A stretch of DNA of 63,942 nt, filler included, from an uncultured bacterium (GTDB lineage Bacteria > Hinthialibacterota > Hinthialibacteria > Hinthialibacterales > Hinthialibacteraceae), in NCBI GenBank assembly GCA_964449065.1. It is 3 parts of 3 records of this genome, joined end to end, with 100 filler letters (N's around TTAATTAATTAA, not from the genome) between each part and the next. Parts side by side here need not be neighbours in the genome. Positions count along the whole stretch, not along the records: positions 44,285 to 63,942 come from CAYVAZ010000055.1; 2 more parts are not named here. One strand, written 5' to 3'. The position numbers were made by a program, and so were the translations under genes. Numbering within the stretch: position 1 is the stretch's first letter; every line of letters starts with the position of its first letter. Positions 49,596 through 62,424 of this stretch are shown piece by piece. The notes beneath the pieces were generated by a model. It worked only from the letters and a program-made list of their open reading frames with translations. It was not told where the DNA came from and searched no databases.

Positions 49596-52064
49596 CTAGT
49601 ATGTAATTGGTTCTAATCGAACAGTTTCGTTAATTTGAGCCGTATTGCTATTCAGTTGCATGGGAAGAGTATATTTCTTATAATTGCTATGGTTTATTTC
49701 AACATAACCTGATAAATTCGGGAGTTTATTAAATTCCGTTTGTCCTTCAAAATTTGTAATGGAACTCTCAGAAATAGTTTTAGGTATATTATATGCACCC
49801 ATTGTGATCCCTAATAATTTACATGTCACAATAGGGACGGGATCATCAGTTGAACTGTCTAAAACCGTAAGTAGAAGATTGTGGTCGTTTTGTATTGGAT
49901 TCAGTTCGATTTGAGTAGAAGCCGTGTTCATCGGGTACTCTGTTAAATCAATCTCTTCGGATTGACCGAAATAATTCTCATTACCAGCAACGACAAAAAA
50001 TAGACCATCTTCTGGATTCAGCTTAGTAAACGTATAAAGCGAGCTATTAATATTTATCACTTCCTTTAAAGAAGACATCGTCTGTTTTTTATACAAATAC
50101 ATGTTTACACTTGAAGCCTCTTCCAAATTATTGAGGGATACACGTAACTTGCCAAAATATTCATCTAAATTAATTTCAATATTTTGAATATCTTCAAATT
50201 GCTTTAGGAAAATAGATTTTGTTTGATAGGAAGGATGTTCAATTTCTATTTGGGGAGCCCGCTCTAATAACGATAAAGGAATTTCCATCTGAAAGGAACC
50301 GTCCGGAATAGATACCGTACTTCGCCCTACTCTTTTATCGGATAGATCGGTGGAATTGATACGCAGATATGCGTGATGAATAGGCGCGCCTTTTTGGTCT
50401 TTGACTATACCTTTTACAAGGATCGTTTCTTCTTTTTTCCTAACACGTATATTATGCTCTTTTGTTTCTTCGGGTACAATCTGAATTTCATCGGGATATT
50501 CCACGCTATATTCATCATCAAATATGATATAATTCCCTTCCGGTAAATCCAATTGATAATGTCCAGCGTTACCTGTCACTATTTTTTTTATAAAATGATC
50601 ACGAAACCGGAAAGCATATTGTGCTATATGTAACGAGATATCGGGCACTGGCTCCCCTGTCTGTACATCAATCACTTTGCCTTTCAACCGCCCCATCACT
50701 TGAGACAATATCAATTTTATTGGTTCCGGTTTGGTTTCCCAAGCAAAACCGGTGATGGTTTTTGTGCTGTATTTATGGTCCGGATGGATAGCGCCAATCC
50801 TTAATTGATTCCGGCTGCGTATTTCTGTCGTTAGCGGCAGTCTAAATTTACCCTCTTCATTTGATAACGTTTCGATTTTGGTAGGATATACCGCCGTACC
50901 GCGTGCACCACCTTGAATCGCCAGTTTAATGACCGTTTTAGGAATCGGTTGATCTGTTTCATCAACAACGATGCCTTCCAATATAACCGCTTTTTTCGTA
51001 TGAAAATCGATTTGCTGATAAGGATTGCTTTGATCCAGGTCAACAGTTTTCAATAATATGTTTTTATTTTTATTTTCACCATAAACAATATTTCTTTTTA
51101 CATATTCATCGCCTGGATCAATACCAACTTTATACTTACCATACCGAACATCAAACAAATGATATTGCCCGGATTCATCTGTTTTCGAACTCAATATCGT
51201 AGGGATACTATCAGCATGTGATAACGTAACGGTTATATTAGACAAAGGAGTATTTTTTTCATCGTATACATGACCGGAAATGCTACCGCTTTGGCTTCGT
51301 AAACGAATCGCAATTTGATTTGGATTATGATGGAGTAATACCCGCTTCTGTGTATAACTATTATAGTTTGTATGGGATACGGTGATGAAATATTCTCCTA
51401 GATGCGGTAAAGAAGTTTCTAAAGTACCCGATGCATCTGTCTGAAAAGTTTTGGCAAATATCCCCTCCGTTACGGAAGTAATCTTCACTTCCGCATCCGG
51501 GACGGTTTCACTCCAATCCGACTCAACTTGTAAAGATAAGTGGACGGAATCATACAAATCCACATCAATTAGACTCGTTGCTTGATCTTCAGTAATGGGA
51601 ACAACACTTGGAATATAGCCGCTCGCTGATGCCGTAATCATAGTTGAAGATATTTGCCGATGTACGGCAATCGCAATAGGATTTGATGAAGCATTTCTGC
51701 TATACGATTCTAAATCGTTTTTATTTGAATCGAAAAGTCGTACTTGAACGGGCACATTTTCTTGAAAAGGATTTAAATGCACACGAATGAATGCTGTTTG
51801 ATTTTGACTGCTGGTGTCAGCCACATCACCATCTTGCGTGTCAGAAACAGAGGAAGACTGCGGTGCAAAGTCATGCAACCCGGTACGCTTCGATGATTCA
51901 CGGTCCGGGTTCGGATTAGCGATATCTCTATCAATCGATATCAAATCTCTGGAATCTGTATTTCCGTCAGGTGATAGATCAAATAAGCCGGAAAGCATAA
52001 ATGCGATTCCCGCTAAAAGAAGTATTCCGATTGTTGCATATAAAATATTCTTATTCATTTTCAT
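49596..52064 (-). CDS. membrane-anchored protein with tandem carboxypeptidase-regulatory-like (CarboxypepD_reg) domains
   Basis: N-terminal TM helix; repeated I.G.V.D....P...V.L...TD..G.Y/F units. Start placed at MKMNKN (ORF track starts at 52109). Confidence 0.8.
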   Translation of the reverse strand: MKMNKNILYATIGILLLAGIAFMLSGLFDLSPDGNTDSRDLISIDRDIANPNPDRESSKRTGLHDFAPQSSSVSDTQDGDVADTSSQNQTAFIRVHLNPFQENVPVQVRLFDSNKNDLESYSRNASSNPIAIAVHRQISSTMITASASGYIPSVVPITEDQATSLIDVDLYDSVHLSLQVESDWSETVPDAEVKITSVTEGIFAKTFQTDASGTLETSLPHLGEYFITVSHTNYNSYTQKRVLLHHNPNQIAIRLRSQSGSISGHVYDEKNTPLSNITVTLSHADSIPTILSSKTDESGQYHLFDVRYGKYKVGIDPGDEYVKRNIVYGENKNKNILLKTVDLDQSNPYQQIDFHTKKAVILEGIVVDETDQPIPKTVIKLAIQGGARGTAVYPTKIETLSNEEGKFRLPLTTEIRSRNQLRIGAIHPDHKYSTKTITGFAWETKPEPIKLILSQVMGRLKGKVIDVQTGEPVPDISLHIAQYAFRFRDHFIKKIVTGNAGHYQLDLPEGNYIIFDDEYSVEYPDEIQIVPEETKEHNIRVRKKEETILVKGIVKDQKGAPIHHAYLRINSTDLSDKRVGRSTVSIPDGSFQMEIPLSLLERAPQIEIEHPSYQTKSIFLKQFEDIQNIEINLDEYFGKLRVSLNNLEEASSVNMYLYKKQTMSSLKEVININSSLYTFTKLNPEDGLFFVVAGNENYFGQSEEIDLTEYPMNTASTQIELNPIQNDHNLLLTVLDSSTDDPVPIVTCKLLGITMGAYNIPKTISESSITNFEGQTEFNKLPNLSGYVEINHSNYKKYTLPMQLNSNTAQINETVRLEPITY

Positions 52065-52764
52065 CTTTATTTGTGAGGAGTTTCTTAGAATAAAGCAACC
52101 GAATTTCAACTTCGACGAGTGGACGAATCTCAGAGTCTAATTCCACTTGGATGGTTTCATTTTCAAGTTGCGAGTGTAATGGATGCAGTTCTGTCATCTT
52201 TATGCTAACTTCATACGAACGAATGATATGATGCTGTATGTTATCGGGATGATTCGGGTCTTCCAACTCCACATTAACATCAAAGATGGTTGGATTGTAT
52301 TGAATACGTTTTACATTAAATACTTCTGTATGAGACCATATATAAAACTTTTGTACCTGGTTGCCGCTATCATCTTTGGCGAAAATAAGCGTTGACGGTG
52401 CGGATTTTACATCTTCTAATACTTCACCGTATATTTTTGTCTCAAACTCGCCGGCACTGCTTTTGATGTACAACGTTTGGGTGGTAGCTCCCACACGCCT
52501 TGCGGTATCAATCCGTATTGGAAAGGGAATACTTTCACCCGGTGCGCAGGTTTTAGGGTAATCCAGCAATTCGAAACACGGACATGTCGTCCGTGCTTCG
52601 TGTATCTCAATTGTTTCTTCGCTGTTATTTGTCAGCTCGGGTGCCACATATACAATTTCTCCGGATTGAACAATGCCGAAATTAGTAAATATATCATTGT
52701 TTTCGATTTCATTAATTATTTTTATAACAAAAACGAGATGAAATAAACAAACCATAATATTCAT
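52051..52764 (-). CDS. DUF1573 domain protein
   Basis: FG.V..GE...LTNNS...IEI...TTCPC......APGES..F.I.IDT. Confidence 0.75.
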   Translation of the reverse strand: MNIMVCLFHLVFVIKIINEIENNDIFTNFGIVQSGEIVYVAPELTNNSEETIEIHEARTTCPCFELLDYPKTCAPGESIPFPIRIDTARRVGATTQTLYIKSSAGEFETKIYGEVLEDVKSAPSTLIFAKDDSGNQVQKFYIWSHTEVFNVKRIQYNPTIFDVNVELEDPNHPDNIQHHIIRSYEVSIKMTELHPLHSQLENETIQVELDSEIRPLVEVEIRLLYSKKLLTNKDENE

Positions 52765-52775
52765 AACAGGTAATT

Positions 52776-53612
52776 CTATTGGTATTCTCTATTTCTCGAA
52801 TTACGGCTAGATTGTAAATTTTTCTCATTATCTTCACTCAATGCATTTGGAAGATTTCTTTCTTTTATCAATCCTCTTTCATGTGCAAACAATTCATATC
52901 TTCCTTGCACCCATCCTTCTTTGAATGTGTCTGATAAATAAAATTTACACATATTGACTACAACCGGATCATTCGATTCTTTTAAAAAAGAGATTCTGTT
53001 TTTGTATTTCTCATTTCCAGTCGCTTGATAAAGATTAGCAGTCAAACTTAAGTATCCTAGAATAAGTCTTTGAGGCATCCCTGAATACTTGTTCGAATTG
53101 ATAGTTTTTGTCCTATCAAGAGAGTGATTATCATTAAGTTTATACCCATTTATACTCATTCCTTCAAAAGTTCTAGTATAAAATGAAGTTATAATTGGAA
53201 TCACTTCTTCTTTGAATAAATGCGGCCCAACCATCTTTGAAATATGATACAAACATGTTTTTGACACATATTCTTCCCCAAGAATTAAAACAGTGTTTTG
53301 ATAATAATCCGTTAAGATATTCGCTAAGTGTCCCGGCTCTTTTTCATATTTTTCCGCTGCCAATAAAGTAATTGCATCAGATTTATAGTCTACTAATTCT
53401 TTTTTATTTAATACTTCTACACAAAATGGTTCGACTTTCACGCCGTGTTTTTTTAAGGTATTGGAAATATCAAAGATAGATATACCATGATTATGTTTTG
53501 ATTTCTCCTTGGCGATTATATTTAAGGCATCAAGTATGCTATTATTATCCTGTGAAATACCAAATTGAATTACGAACAAATGAATTACTAGAATAGTGAT
53601 TATATTATTCAT
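52776..53612 (-). CDS. hypothetical exported protein
   Basis: 278-aa AT-rich ORF with a signal-peptide-like N-terminus and an AAAGGA RBS. Confidence 0.7.
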   Translation of the reverse strand: MNNIITILVIHLFVIQFGISQDNNSILDALNIIAKEKSKHNHGISIFDISNTLKKHGVKVEPFCVEVLNKKELVDYKSDAITLLAAEKYEKEPGHLANILTDYYQNTVLILGEEYVSKTCLYHISKMVGPHLFKEEVIPIITSFYTRTFEGMSINGYKLNDNHSLDRTKTINSNKYSGMPQRLILGYLSLTANLYQATGNEKYKNRISFLKESNDPVVVNMCKFYLSDTFKEGWVQGRYELFAHERGLIKERNLPNALSEDNEKNLQSSRNSRNREYQ

Positions 53613-53656
53613 CGTTTTTGTATCCTTTCAGTTATTTAAAATGATTTAAATGATAT

Positions 53657-53912
53657 TTAATTCTCAAACATTTCATTCCAGCGATTTGAATTCCACCAAT
53701 TCGGTCCAATCCACGGGTAATCTAAACGTTTAAAATTCCAATCTCCATCAAATCCAGCTGTCGCTGCACTAGGAGTCTTTATATTTAAGTCTTGATTTGG
53801 TGGTTGAGGTCCAAGTGGTTCAGCATAATGAGTTTCTTTAAACCATTGATTGAAACGCTATAACCAAAACGAAACCAAAAGTCACCCTAAAGACCTTGTT
53901 GTTATACTTCAT
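53657..53912 (-). pseudogene. frameshifted or internally deleted small secreted-protein gene
   Basis: Purine-rich RBS region plus MKYNNKVFRVTFGFVLVIAFQSMV* (53912-53838) overlaps a start-less frame QWFKETHYAEPLGPQPP...WIGPNWWNSNRWNEMFEN* (53848-53657) at CAATCAAT. Confidence 0.6.
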
Positions 53913-54372
53913 TCCTTTTCCCCTTTGCAAATATGTGGATTTTCTTACTGATACACACAAATACTTTAGTCCATTTCAAATAAAAAAAACAAGAAAATAT
54001 TTGTTAAAAATGTGTTATAAAACGAATTATTTTGTTCAATCCCTGCCGATACCTCTATATATATGATACAGTCTATTTATGCGATGCAATTATTTATCTT
54101 CCAGTATACAGTGCTGTCACGCTTCTTGAATGTGTTTTCATATTCCTCAAACTCTTCTATATATATTCAATAAAAAATATTTTCAAAAAAATATCTACGA
54201 GCTAACCTGTAGATCGTATTTTCTCTCGTTCCCCTTCCTCATATCTCACCCAATCCCCAATACTTAATCCTCAAAAACCCTAAATTTATCTCGTCATTTT
54301 TCAAATTTGCACTATAGTATATCTTGTAGAACCAGTGCCTTTCGGCATAAATCCAATTGAATTGTCCCGCAA

Positions 54373-57300
54373 ATGAAGAACCGCTTTTCCTTGCCCGTCT
54401 TTTTGATCCTTACTGCTCTATTCAACCCGTTTGCCCATGCCAGTCTGGAACCGTGGGAGAATCTCAATATCTCCCCGGTGCCCCCGGCCCGTGAAGGCCA
54501 CGCGATGGTCTACCACGCCAGCCGCGAGACCATTATCCTCTTCGGCGGCCAGCAAGACGGCACCCTGTTTAGCGACACATGGGAATTCGACGGCGAAAGT
54601 TGGACGCAACTTGCCTCCACCGGCCCCGATCCCCGCTCTCAGCACGATATGGTATACGACGCTTCGCGCGGTCAAATTATTCTCTTCGGCGGGTGGGATC
54701 AATTCAATATCTTTGACGACACCTGGGCTTGGGACGGCGGGCAATGGGCGGAACTCAGCGTTTCCGGTCCTTCTATGCGCCGCAATCACAAGATGGTGTA
54801 TGATTCCGTCAGCAACCGCGTGGTGCTGCACGGCGGCGAGTTCACCGGCGGCGGGATAGCGGAAACCTGGATATTCAGCGCCTCGCAATGGACACTCGCG
54901 CAAACCGGCGGGCCTTCGGGCCGCTCCAATCACGGGCTCGCGTTCGATAAAAACCGCAACCGCGTCGTTCTTTACGGCGGCAATTCCGGAAGTGTGGAAC
55001 TTAGCAATACCTGGGAATGGGACGGCTTAACCTGGACGCAAACTGCCACTGGAATACCCTCGGCCCGCAATCATCCCATGATGGTCTATGATGAATCCCG
55101 GCAAAAGGTGGTTCTATTCGGCGGTTTTAATACGCCCACATTCTTCCAATCCACCTGGCAATGGGATGGCTCTAATTGGGATTTGGTCACGACCGAAGGC
55201 CCTGTTGGAAGAGAACGTTCACGAATGGCGCACGACCCGCTGCGAAGACAAAGCATCGTATTCGGCGGTTCTAACAACGGGTTCTTAAACGATACCTGGG
55301 CCTACCGCAATCCCAACGAAACCTTTTCACTTTTTGAAGTGATTAACCGCGGCGGACCCGTTGAGCGAACCGCTCACGATATAATTACGGATTCCTCCGA
55401 GGGTGTGCAAATACTATACGGCGGGTTGAACACCGCCGGCTCACGGCTTAGCGATGTGTGGATTCGGGAAAACAACAATTGGACTCAATTTACGCCTGCT
55501 AACTCCTTCACCGCGCAAAACCCCGGCAGCCGCGCGGGACACGCGATGGTTTATGATGCGTCGGATGATATCATGATCATGAACGGGGGAACCATCCTTT
55601 CCGGTACCGAGATCCTTCCCGTCAGCGACACCTGGACCTTTGATCCATTGCTGGGAGCGCCGAGCGAATGGTTGATTACCTCATCCACCGAACCCGCCCC
55701 CCGCGAACATCACACCATGGTGCATGACGCCAGCCGCAGACAAACACTGCTGGTAGGCGGTTTTGCCAAGCATCCTACCGAAACCGTGTATTATGCGGAT
55801 ACCTGGATTTGGCAGGCCACCCAGTGGAAGCATTTCGCGGATACGTCCAACTTTGCCCGTTCCCATCTGGAATCGGTTTATGATCCGATCCGCAACCAAG
55901 CCGTTATTTTTGGCGGAACCAACGGCTCCAACCTGTTAGGCGACACTTGGGTATGGACCGGCTCCAATTGGTCTCAAGTCGCCACATCCGGGCCCTCTCC
56001 CCGCATCGATCACGGCATGGCCTTTGACCAACAAACCGGACTAGTCTTTCTGTACGGCGGATGGGATGGCACCCAAATGCTCAAAGATTTATGGCAATGG
56101 GATGGGACCCGGTGGAAAGAAATCCAGTCGCTTGCGCCTCATCTTCGCCGGGGACACGTCATGACCGAAACCGCCGATCCGAAGGGCTTTCTTCTTTTCG
56201 GCGGCGAATTCACCAATCCCCCGGAAACCATTTCTCTTGATCAAACCATCCTTTTTCACGCTATGAAATTCGCCGGCTCGGTCCCCATCCCCAATCAACA
56301 TGACACCGCAAGGGATATCATCATCAAAGCCTCCATGGATGAAGAAATTCAAACACCCAACCGGCACAATGCATTCATCTACAGCCAATATTCCGGAACG
56401 ATATCCGGGCAATATAGTAAAGACAACGCCAGCTCGTTTTCCTTCAATCCAAGCGCGAATTTTCATCCATCTGAACTGGTAGAAACGGCAATCACACAAA
56501 AGATTAAATCCGCCAGCGGCCACTCCTTGTTTATTCCACAGGTCTTTCGATTCCGTACTCAAACCGGTTTAAGTGTCGCTACGTATTTAGAAACCGATAC
56601 CATCCCCTTCGGTACCGGTAATGACCAAACCGAAGCCATGGTATTTGGGGATATGGATGCGGACTCCGACCTCGATCTCATCGTTGGCAATAACGGGCAA
56701 AACGCTGTTTATGCCAATGATGGAAGCGGCAACTATACGCTGCTGACTCTTTTCGGCGCGCCGGACAGCCAAACTTTTGCTATAGCCGCTGGAGATATCA
56801 ACCGTGACGGCCATCTGGATTTTGTCGCGGGAAACAATGGAACCAACTACATCTATTTAAATAGCGGCACTGCCATTCCCAGCAGTACAATCGCTTTAAG
56901 CACATCGGTTGCCGATACCCAATCCCTAGCCATCGGAGACCTCAACGGTGACGGCTTTCAGGATATCGCTGTTGGGAACAACGGCCAAAATCTTGTTTAT
57001 TGGAACAATGGCGATGGAGAGTTTCCTTCCAGTACATTCATCGGCACGGAAACCTTCAACACCAAATCCATTGCGTTGGGAGATATGGATAACGATTATG
57101 ATCTCGATATGATCGTTGCCAATAGCGACGGAGAAAATGCCGTCTATTTCAATGAAGGCGATGGAGAATTTCTTACCTGGACCACATTCGGCGGCAGCGG
57201 CGAATCGACGTTCGCAATCGATGTGGGCGACCTTAACAACGACGGCCTGCCCGATATCGCCGCCGGAAACTTCGGTCAAAACAATATCTACATTCAAAGC

Positions 57301-60300
57301 GCGACCGGAAGTTTTGCGGGGGCAACACCATTTGGAGAATCGTCATCCAATACGCAGTCTCTCGTACTGGCCGATGCCGACGGTGACAGCCATTTGGATA
57401 TCTATACCGGCAATGTTGGTGAAAATCTTCTATTCTTAAACGATGGTTCCGGCTCTTTCACTTCCACACGCTTTATCGCGGAAGACACCCATTCTTCCCA
57501 AGCAATAGCGGTAGGCGATGTTGACGGAGACACCGATATTGATGTCGCGATCGGCAACGCGGGCCAACAAAACCGAATCAGTATCAACCGCGATGCCTTA
57601 GCTGTTGTCAGCGCCGATCCACCGCAGAACGCATTCCATGTCCCAACGGATAAGCGCATTGATGTCATGTTCAACAACGACAACATGAAATCTCCACCTG
57701 AAAACAGTTTTACCGTGAAAAGCCCGCTTTCCGGGTTTTATACCGGTGGATTCAGTATCAGCGATGACCGCGCCACGGTCGAATTCAACTCCAACGATCC
57801 ATTTAAAGCCGGAGAAGAAATTGAAGTCACATTAAACCGTGCCGTATCCACCTTCGAAGGATTCACGCTGAAAGATCCATTTGTGTTCCGGTTTACGGCG
57901 GCCGTTTCTCCTACCGAACCGAACTACACTTCCGCTTTCCGCAATTTGGGATTGCTGGATCAGTTTTCCACCGATATCGCCCTAGCCGATATTGATCAAG
58001 ACGGTGACTTGGATATCATCGCCGCGAACTTTCAGCAGGATGCCATACATTTCAACAACGGCGAGGGCCGCTTTTTAACGGATACCACCTTCGGCAACGC
58101 GGATGAATCCACGTCTTCCATCGCAACGGGAGACATCGACAATGACGGCGATATCGATATTGTCGCAGGCAGCGAGACGCAAAGCCGAATTTACCGTAAC
58201 AACGGTTTAGGAGAATTTACTTTCGATCAAAATTTGGGTGCCTCCAATCGTGCCACCCTTGTGGTGGAGATGGGCGATCTTGATGGCGACGGTGATCTGG
58301 ATATCGTCACCGGCAATGAATCCCAGCCGAACTTTGTTTACTTCAATGACGGCAACGGCAACTTCACCGGCGAGTGGATGATCGGCACGGAATCTGAAAA
58401 CACGCAAGACGTTGCCTTAAAAGACATGGATGAAGACGGCGCGCTGGACTTGATCGTAGGGAACTTCAACCAGCCCAGCCGGATCTATTTGAACACCAAT
58501 CTCGATGGCCGCTTTTCTTCCAACTTCACGTTCGGAACCGGGAACGAACCGGTGCAGGGCTTGGATGTTGAAGACCTGGACGGTGACGGGGATATGGATA
58601 TCGCTGTCGCCAACGGCGATGGAGATGAAAACATAGTCTTTCTGCAAATTGCCCCGTTGAATTTCAGCGGGGTACGCTCGATCGGTTTATCCCGGCGCGA
58701 TAGTACGGATTTGGAAATCGGCGACGCGGACGGCGACGGCGACCCTGATATCTTTATTACCAACAACGGCAACAGCTTCGGCGAAATAAGCCAAGTGCAT
58801 TTCAATGACGGCAGCGGCGTGTTTGATCTTTCTCAAACAATCGCCAATCAAGTGCTCAATACCCACGCCGTTGCGCTGGGCGATGTAGACAATGACGGTG
58901 ATTTGGACGCGGCGCTGGCAATCCAGCGAATCCTGGATCAGGATAACTTTCAACCCGGCAGCGGTATCAACCGGGTTCAATTAAACGCCCTCCCGCCGGA
59001 AGTGATCAGCCGTTCCCCTTCTCCATTCCAAGCAAACGCCAATCCAAAAAGCAATATCGATGTAGTATTTGACCGCGCTATTGCGTTCCCCTCCATCGGC
59101 GATGTGGTCGTGCACGGCAACCAAACCGGCAACCGGACGGTATTGCTTACCTTAGACGATCAAACCGGTTTAACTCTCAATCCCTCACTCAATTTTTCTC
59201 CCGGTGAAGAGATCGAAGTATCGGTGACGGAAAATATTATCAGCACCCAAGATATCAATCTCGCCAATCCAAAAGTGTGGCGCTTCCATACCGAATCCGC
59301 CGCCCGCAGTTTGAACTTCACCAACAAATCTCAATCCATTAGCGAAGACCAAGGCAATTCCCAGACGGCTGTATTCGGAGATGTAGACCGCGACGGTGAC
59401 CTCGATCTGCTACTGGCACGATATATGGGACAAACCACAATCCACCTCAATGACGGCGGCGGCAATTTGGATGCAGCCGGAATCCCCATCATTGATGCCG
59501 CTTCTCCCACGCGCCATGCCCTCTTCGCCGACTTCGATTTGGACGGCACCTTGGATATCCTTACCGCGCAAGAAGGGGAAAACAACGCGCTCTTTTTTAA
59601 CGACGGCAGCGGTGGTTATTCCGCCTCCAATATGCGGCTGATCGGCGATGCCACATCCACCGCCACCATCCTCGCTTTAGGAGACCTGAATGGCGACGGC
59701 TTCCCCGATGCCGTATCCGGCTCGAATGAATACAACAGTATCTATCTCAACAGCGGCACAGGTTCTTTGATTTTGAGCGCCACCTTCGGCTTATCCAATA
59801 CCCCAACAACCGGATTGGCAATCGGCGATACCAACAACGACGGCGCGCTGGATATCATTGTTGGGTATGACCAGCAGCAAAGCAACGTTTTCATCAACAA
59901 CGGGAAAGCGGGGTTCTTTTCAACGTCTAATATCGGGCCTTCTTCCTTGCAAACACGCTCGCTTGCCACCGGCGATGTTGATCAAGACGGCGATCTGGAT
60001 GTCGTGCTCGGTTTATGGAACAGTCCAAACCGTATCTACCTCAATTCCAGCCAGGGATTGTTTCAAACGTTTACCGAATTCGGTTCGGTAAGCAACACCA
60101 TCCGCGTTCTTGTGAAAGACATGAATGGAGACGGTTTCCCCGATATCCTTACCGGCAACGAAAATTCAGCCAATCAGGTTTACCCAAACGACGGCAGCGG
60201 AGGCTTTAGCAACTTTGTGTTTTTTGGGCCACCCTTAGAACAGCCGCGGGGCTTTGATACCGGAGATGTGGACGGCGATTTTGATATCGATGTAGTTATC

Positions 60301-62115
60301 GCTAATTTAGACGCTTCTGACATAATCGTTTTTAACGGACAAACCGAACCCACACCAACGATCACGCAAACCCCGACCATCACACTCACGCCCAGCAACA
60401 CGCTGACACCTACGCCGACCTTACCGCCGGGTGTTACGCCTTCTCCAACACCTACGTTCACGAATACACCATCCATTACCAATACACCGACGAACACAAA
60501 CACGCCCACAAATACGCATACGCCTACCCATACGCATACACCAACACAAACACCGACTCATACACCCACACCTACACCAACGGTTAATCCGGCACCTGAA
60601 ATCTCTATCAACCCCAGCTCAGTGAGTTTAAAAAGCGGGGAATCCGCAACCATCAACATAACCGCCAGCGACCCCGATGGCGACAACATTGCCTTTTCTG
60701 TCACCCCAGCCAATGCGGGAACCTTTTCGCAAATCAACCAAAGCGGGAACACCTTTACCGCCGTCTTTACCGTCACCGCTCAACCCAGCCAAGTCGGTAC
60801 CGGTTCGATATCCATCATGGCGACAGATGATGGTTCTCCCGCGCAAACCGCTACAGCAACACTCTCTTTAATTGTCGAAGGCCAGCCGGTTCAAGAAGTG
60901 GTTACTGCCCAAGGCTCTCTTGGCCAAAACTTTGTCAACATCCGCAATTTTGATCCCACCGCTGGAGTCTTAACAAGCATTCTCCGCTCTTTCCGCGCGA
61001 TGGGAGGATCGTTTCTCGATCAAGTAGGCGGCGGTGAAGGCCGGGCGACCTTTCTTTCCAGCGGCAATATTTCCGGTGTCACCAATCCGGTTATTGCTGT
61101 TACTTACGGCCCCATTCGCGCATCCGTTCGCCATCCCAATGTCGTGGTACCGCGGGATTCCGTGACCCTGGAAGTTGTGGGGCATTCCTTCACCGCCTTC
61201 CCCCATACCGGCAGTCTACCCGTTCATTACCGCTGGGGAGAAATCCGCACAGCAATGGGTGACTTTGGCGGGTTGGGAACAGACCAAATCGCAGCCGCGC
61301 AAGGCGGCGGCGGCAATGGCATTGTCCGGCTATACAGCTACACGGGCGAGCCGCCTCCCAACGGCTGGATCGTTACCGGACAATTTAACGGGTTGGTGGA
61401 TGGCGCTCAGGCAACCAACCTCAACGGCGGTATCACGATTGCCGCCGGCGATATTGACAATGACGGCATCGATGAACTCATCGTCGGGCAAACCAATAGT
61501 ATAAGTTCCAACACCATTTGCCATGTGTTGGATATCAATGCCTTTGGTATCATCACTTCACGCTTGTCATTCGTCGCCTTCCCGCGGAATTTGCAAGGCA
61601 ATGGGGGTGTTGAAATTACTATTGCGGATCTAAACGGAGATGGGCTCAAAGAAATTATTTGCGCCAGCCAAGGCAATAGCAGAACACATAATGATGAGCG
61701 CGATGAGGCTCCCCTCAACTTAGTTTCCGTCATCCGGCCGATCTTGCAAGATAACCAGGCCGTGGGCTTTCAACGGGTGAACCGTGGCGTCTTCAATGTA
61801 TTCAGTGAAAGCGTAAATCCCTCCGGCTCTGTGACCATTGCTGGAGGCGAACTGGACGGCAATCCTTTAAACGGAGAAGAACTCGTTGTCGGCACCAACG
61901 CTATCCGTATTTCCAATGGAGTCACAGAACAACTGCTTGAAGTTGCTCCTCAATCCCGCTACCGCATCATTAAAGTTGAATACGATGGAGAGTCCGTCAC
62001 CGGTGTCCGCAACGTTGTTGGTTCTTCCCGTGGATTTGAAGCCTTTCCGGGGGGGACGAACCCTATCAGCGGAGCCGTCTACCTCTCGACTGTTGAATCC
62101 GACTTGAACCAGTAG
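54373..62115 (+). CDS. giant secreted multi-propeller protein: two Kelch-like propellers, three (Ig-like + FG-GAP propeller) units, Pro/Thr linker, Ig-like domain, C-terminal FG-GAP-like propeller
   Basis: Signal peptide; about 12 P..R..H.MVYD....LFGG....DTW.WDG..W repeats; about 20 GD.D.DGDLD...N repeats in three blocks, each preceded by an F.PGE.IEV...F.F.T domain. Confidence 0.9.
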   Translation: MKNRFSLPVFLILTALFNPFAHASLEPWENLNISPVPPAREGHAMVYHASRETIILFGGQQDGTLFSDTWEFDGESWTQLASTGPDPRSQHDMVYDASRGQIILFGGWDQFNIFDDTWAWDGGQWAELSVSGPSMRRNHKMVYDSVSNRVVLHGGEFTGGGIAETWIFSASQWTLAQTGGPSGRSNHGLAFDKNRNRVVLYGGNSGSVELSNTWEWDGLTWTQTATGIPSARNHPMMVYDESRQKVVLFGGFNTPTFFQSTWQWDGSNWDLVTTEGPVGRERSRMAHDPLRRQSIVFGGSNNGFLNDTWAYRNPNETFSLFEVINRGGPVERTAHDIITDSSEGVQILYGGLNTAGSRLSDVWIRENNNWTQFTPANSFTAQNPGSRAGHAMVYDASDDIMIMNGGTILSGTEILPVSDTWTFDPLLGAPSEWLITSSTEPAPREHHTMVHDASRRQTLLVGGFAKHPTETVYYADTWIWQATQWKHFADTSNFARSHLESVYDPIRNQAVIFGGTNGSNLLGDTWVWTGSNWSQVATSGPSPRIDHGMAFDQQTGLVFLYGGWDGTQMLKDLWQWDGTRWKEIQSLAPHLRRGHVMTETADPKGFLLFGGEFTNPPETISLDQTILFHAMKFAGSVPIPNQHDTARDIIIKASMDEEIQTPNRHNAFIYSQYSGTISGQYSKDNASSFSFNPSANFHPSELVETAITQKIKSASGHSLFIPQVFRFRTQTGLSVATYLETDTIPFGTGNDQTEAMVFGDMDADSDLDLIVGNNGQNAVYANDGSGNYTLLTLFGAPDSQTFAIAAGDINRDGHLDFVAGNNGTNYIYLNSGTAIPSSTIALSTSVADTQSLAIGDLNGDGFQDIAVGNNGQNLVYWNNGDGEFPSSTFIGTETFNTKSIALGDMDNDYDLDMIVANSDGENAVYFNEGDGEFLTWTTFGGSGESTFAIDVGDLNNDGLPDIAAGNFGQNNIYIQSATGSFAGATPFGESSSNTQSLVLADADGDSHLDIYTGNVGENLLFLNDGSGSFTSTRFIAEDTHSSQAIAVGDVDGDTDIDVAIGNAGQQNRISINRDALAVVSADPPQNAFHVPTDKRIDVMFNNDNMKSPPENSFTVKSPLSGFYTGGFSISDDRATVEFNSNDPFKAGEEIEVTLNRAVSTFEGFTLKDPFVFRFTAAVSPTEPNYTSAFRNLGLLDQFSTDIALADIDQDGDLDIIAANFQQDAIHFNNGEGRFLTDTTFGNADESTSSIATGDIDNDGDIDIVAGSETQSRIYRNNGLGEFTFDQNLGASNRATLVVEMGDLDGDGDLDIVTGNESQPNFVYFNDGNGNFTGEWMIGTESENTQDVALKDMDEDGALDLIVGNFNQPSRIYLNTNLDGRFSSNFTFGTGNEPVQGLDVEDLDGDGDMDIAVANGDGDENIVFLQIAPLNFSGVRSIGLSRRDSTDLEIGDADGDGDPDIFITNNGNSFGEISQVHFNDGSGVFDLSQTIANQVLNTHAVALGDVDNDGDLDAALAIQRILDQDNFQPGSGINRVQLNALPPEVISRSPSPFQANANPKSNIDVVFDRAIAFPSIGDVVVHGNQTGNRTVLLTLDDQTGLTLNPSLNFSPGEEIEVSVTENIISTQDINLANPKVWRFHTESAARSLNFTNKSQSISEDQGNSQTAVFGDVDRDGDLDLLLARYMGQTTIHLNDGGGNLDAAGIPIIDAASPTRHALFADFDLDGTLDILTAQEGENNALFFNDGSGGYSASNMRLIGDATSTATILALGDLNGDGFPDAVSGSNEYNSIYLNSGTGSLILSATFGLSNTPTTGLAIGDTNNDGALDIIVGYDQQQSNVFINNGKAGFFSTSNIGPSSLQTRSLATGDVDQDGDLDVVLGLWNSPNRIYLNSSQGLFQTFTEFGSVSNTIRVLVKDMNGDGFPDILTGNENSANQVYPNDGSGGFSNFVFFGPPLEQPRGFDTGDVDGDFDIDVVIANLDASDIIVFNGQTEPTPTITQTPTITLTPSNTLTPTPTLPPGVTPSPTPTFTNTPSITNTPTNTNTPTNTHTPTHTHTPTQTPTHTPTPTPTVNPAPEISINPSSVSLKSGESATINITASDPDGDNIAFSVTPANAGTFSQINQSGNTFTAVFTVTAQPSQVGTGSISIMATDDGSPAQTATATLSLIVEGQPVQEVVTAQGSLGQNFVNIRNFDPTAGVLTSILRSFRAMGGSFLDQVGGGEGRATFLSSGNISGVTNPVIAVTYGPIRASVRHPNVVVPRDSVTLEVVGHSFTAFPHTGSLPVHYRWGEIRTAMGDFGGLGTDQIAAAQGGGGNGIVRLYSYTGEPPPNGWIVTGQFNGLVDGAQATNLNGGITIAAGDIDNDGIDELIVGQTNSISSNTICHVLDINAFGIITSRLSFVAFPRNLQGNGGVEITIADLNGDGLKEIICASQGNSRTHNDERDEAPLNLVSVIRPILQDNQAVGFQRVNRGVFNVFSESVNPSGSVTIAGGELDGNPLNGEELVVGTNAIRISNGVTEQLLEVAPQSRYRIIKVEYDGESVTGVRNVVGSSRGFEAFPGGTNPISGAVYLSTVESDLNQ

Positions 62116-62172
62116 TCTGTCAACAATGAAATGAATGGGATCCGTCATTCACAAGCGTTCGCGCAGTGTTAT

Positions 62173-62279
62173 ACCCCCTTGCATAAGGGGGTGGAGCCGT
62201 AGGCTCCGGGGGATTTTGCGTAGTTGGAAGCGTGCTTCGATCCCCCCTAGCCCCCCTTAACAAGGGGGGGGACAACGGA
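62173..62279. repeat. paired REP-like palindromes, family A
   Basis: CCCCCTTGCATAAGGGGG...GGGGGAT followed by the inverted ATCCCCCCTAGCCCCCCTTAACAAGGGGGGGG. Confidence 0.75.
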
Positions 62280-62357
62280 TAGCCAGCCGTCATTTTTTGA
62301 TTGACAGACTACTAGTTTTGGCAACGGCTCGAATTGTAAAAGATATAAGGCAAAACC

Positions 62358-62394
62358 AAAAAAAAACGCTTCCCCGATTTGAGGAAGCGTTTTT
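62358..62394. terminator. bidirectional intrinsic terminator
   Basis: A-run, AAAAACGCTTCC-9 nt-GGAAGCGTTTTT, between convergent genes. Confidence 0.85.
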
Positions 62395-62424
62395 CAGTGG
62401 ATTGTTAATGTGTTGATATTATTA

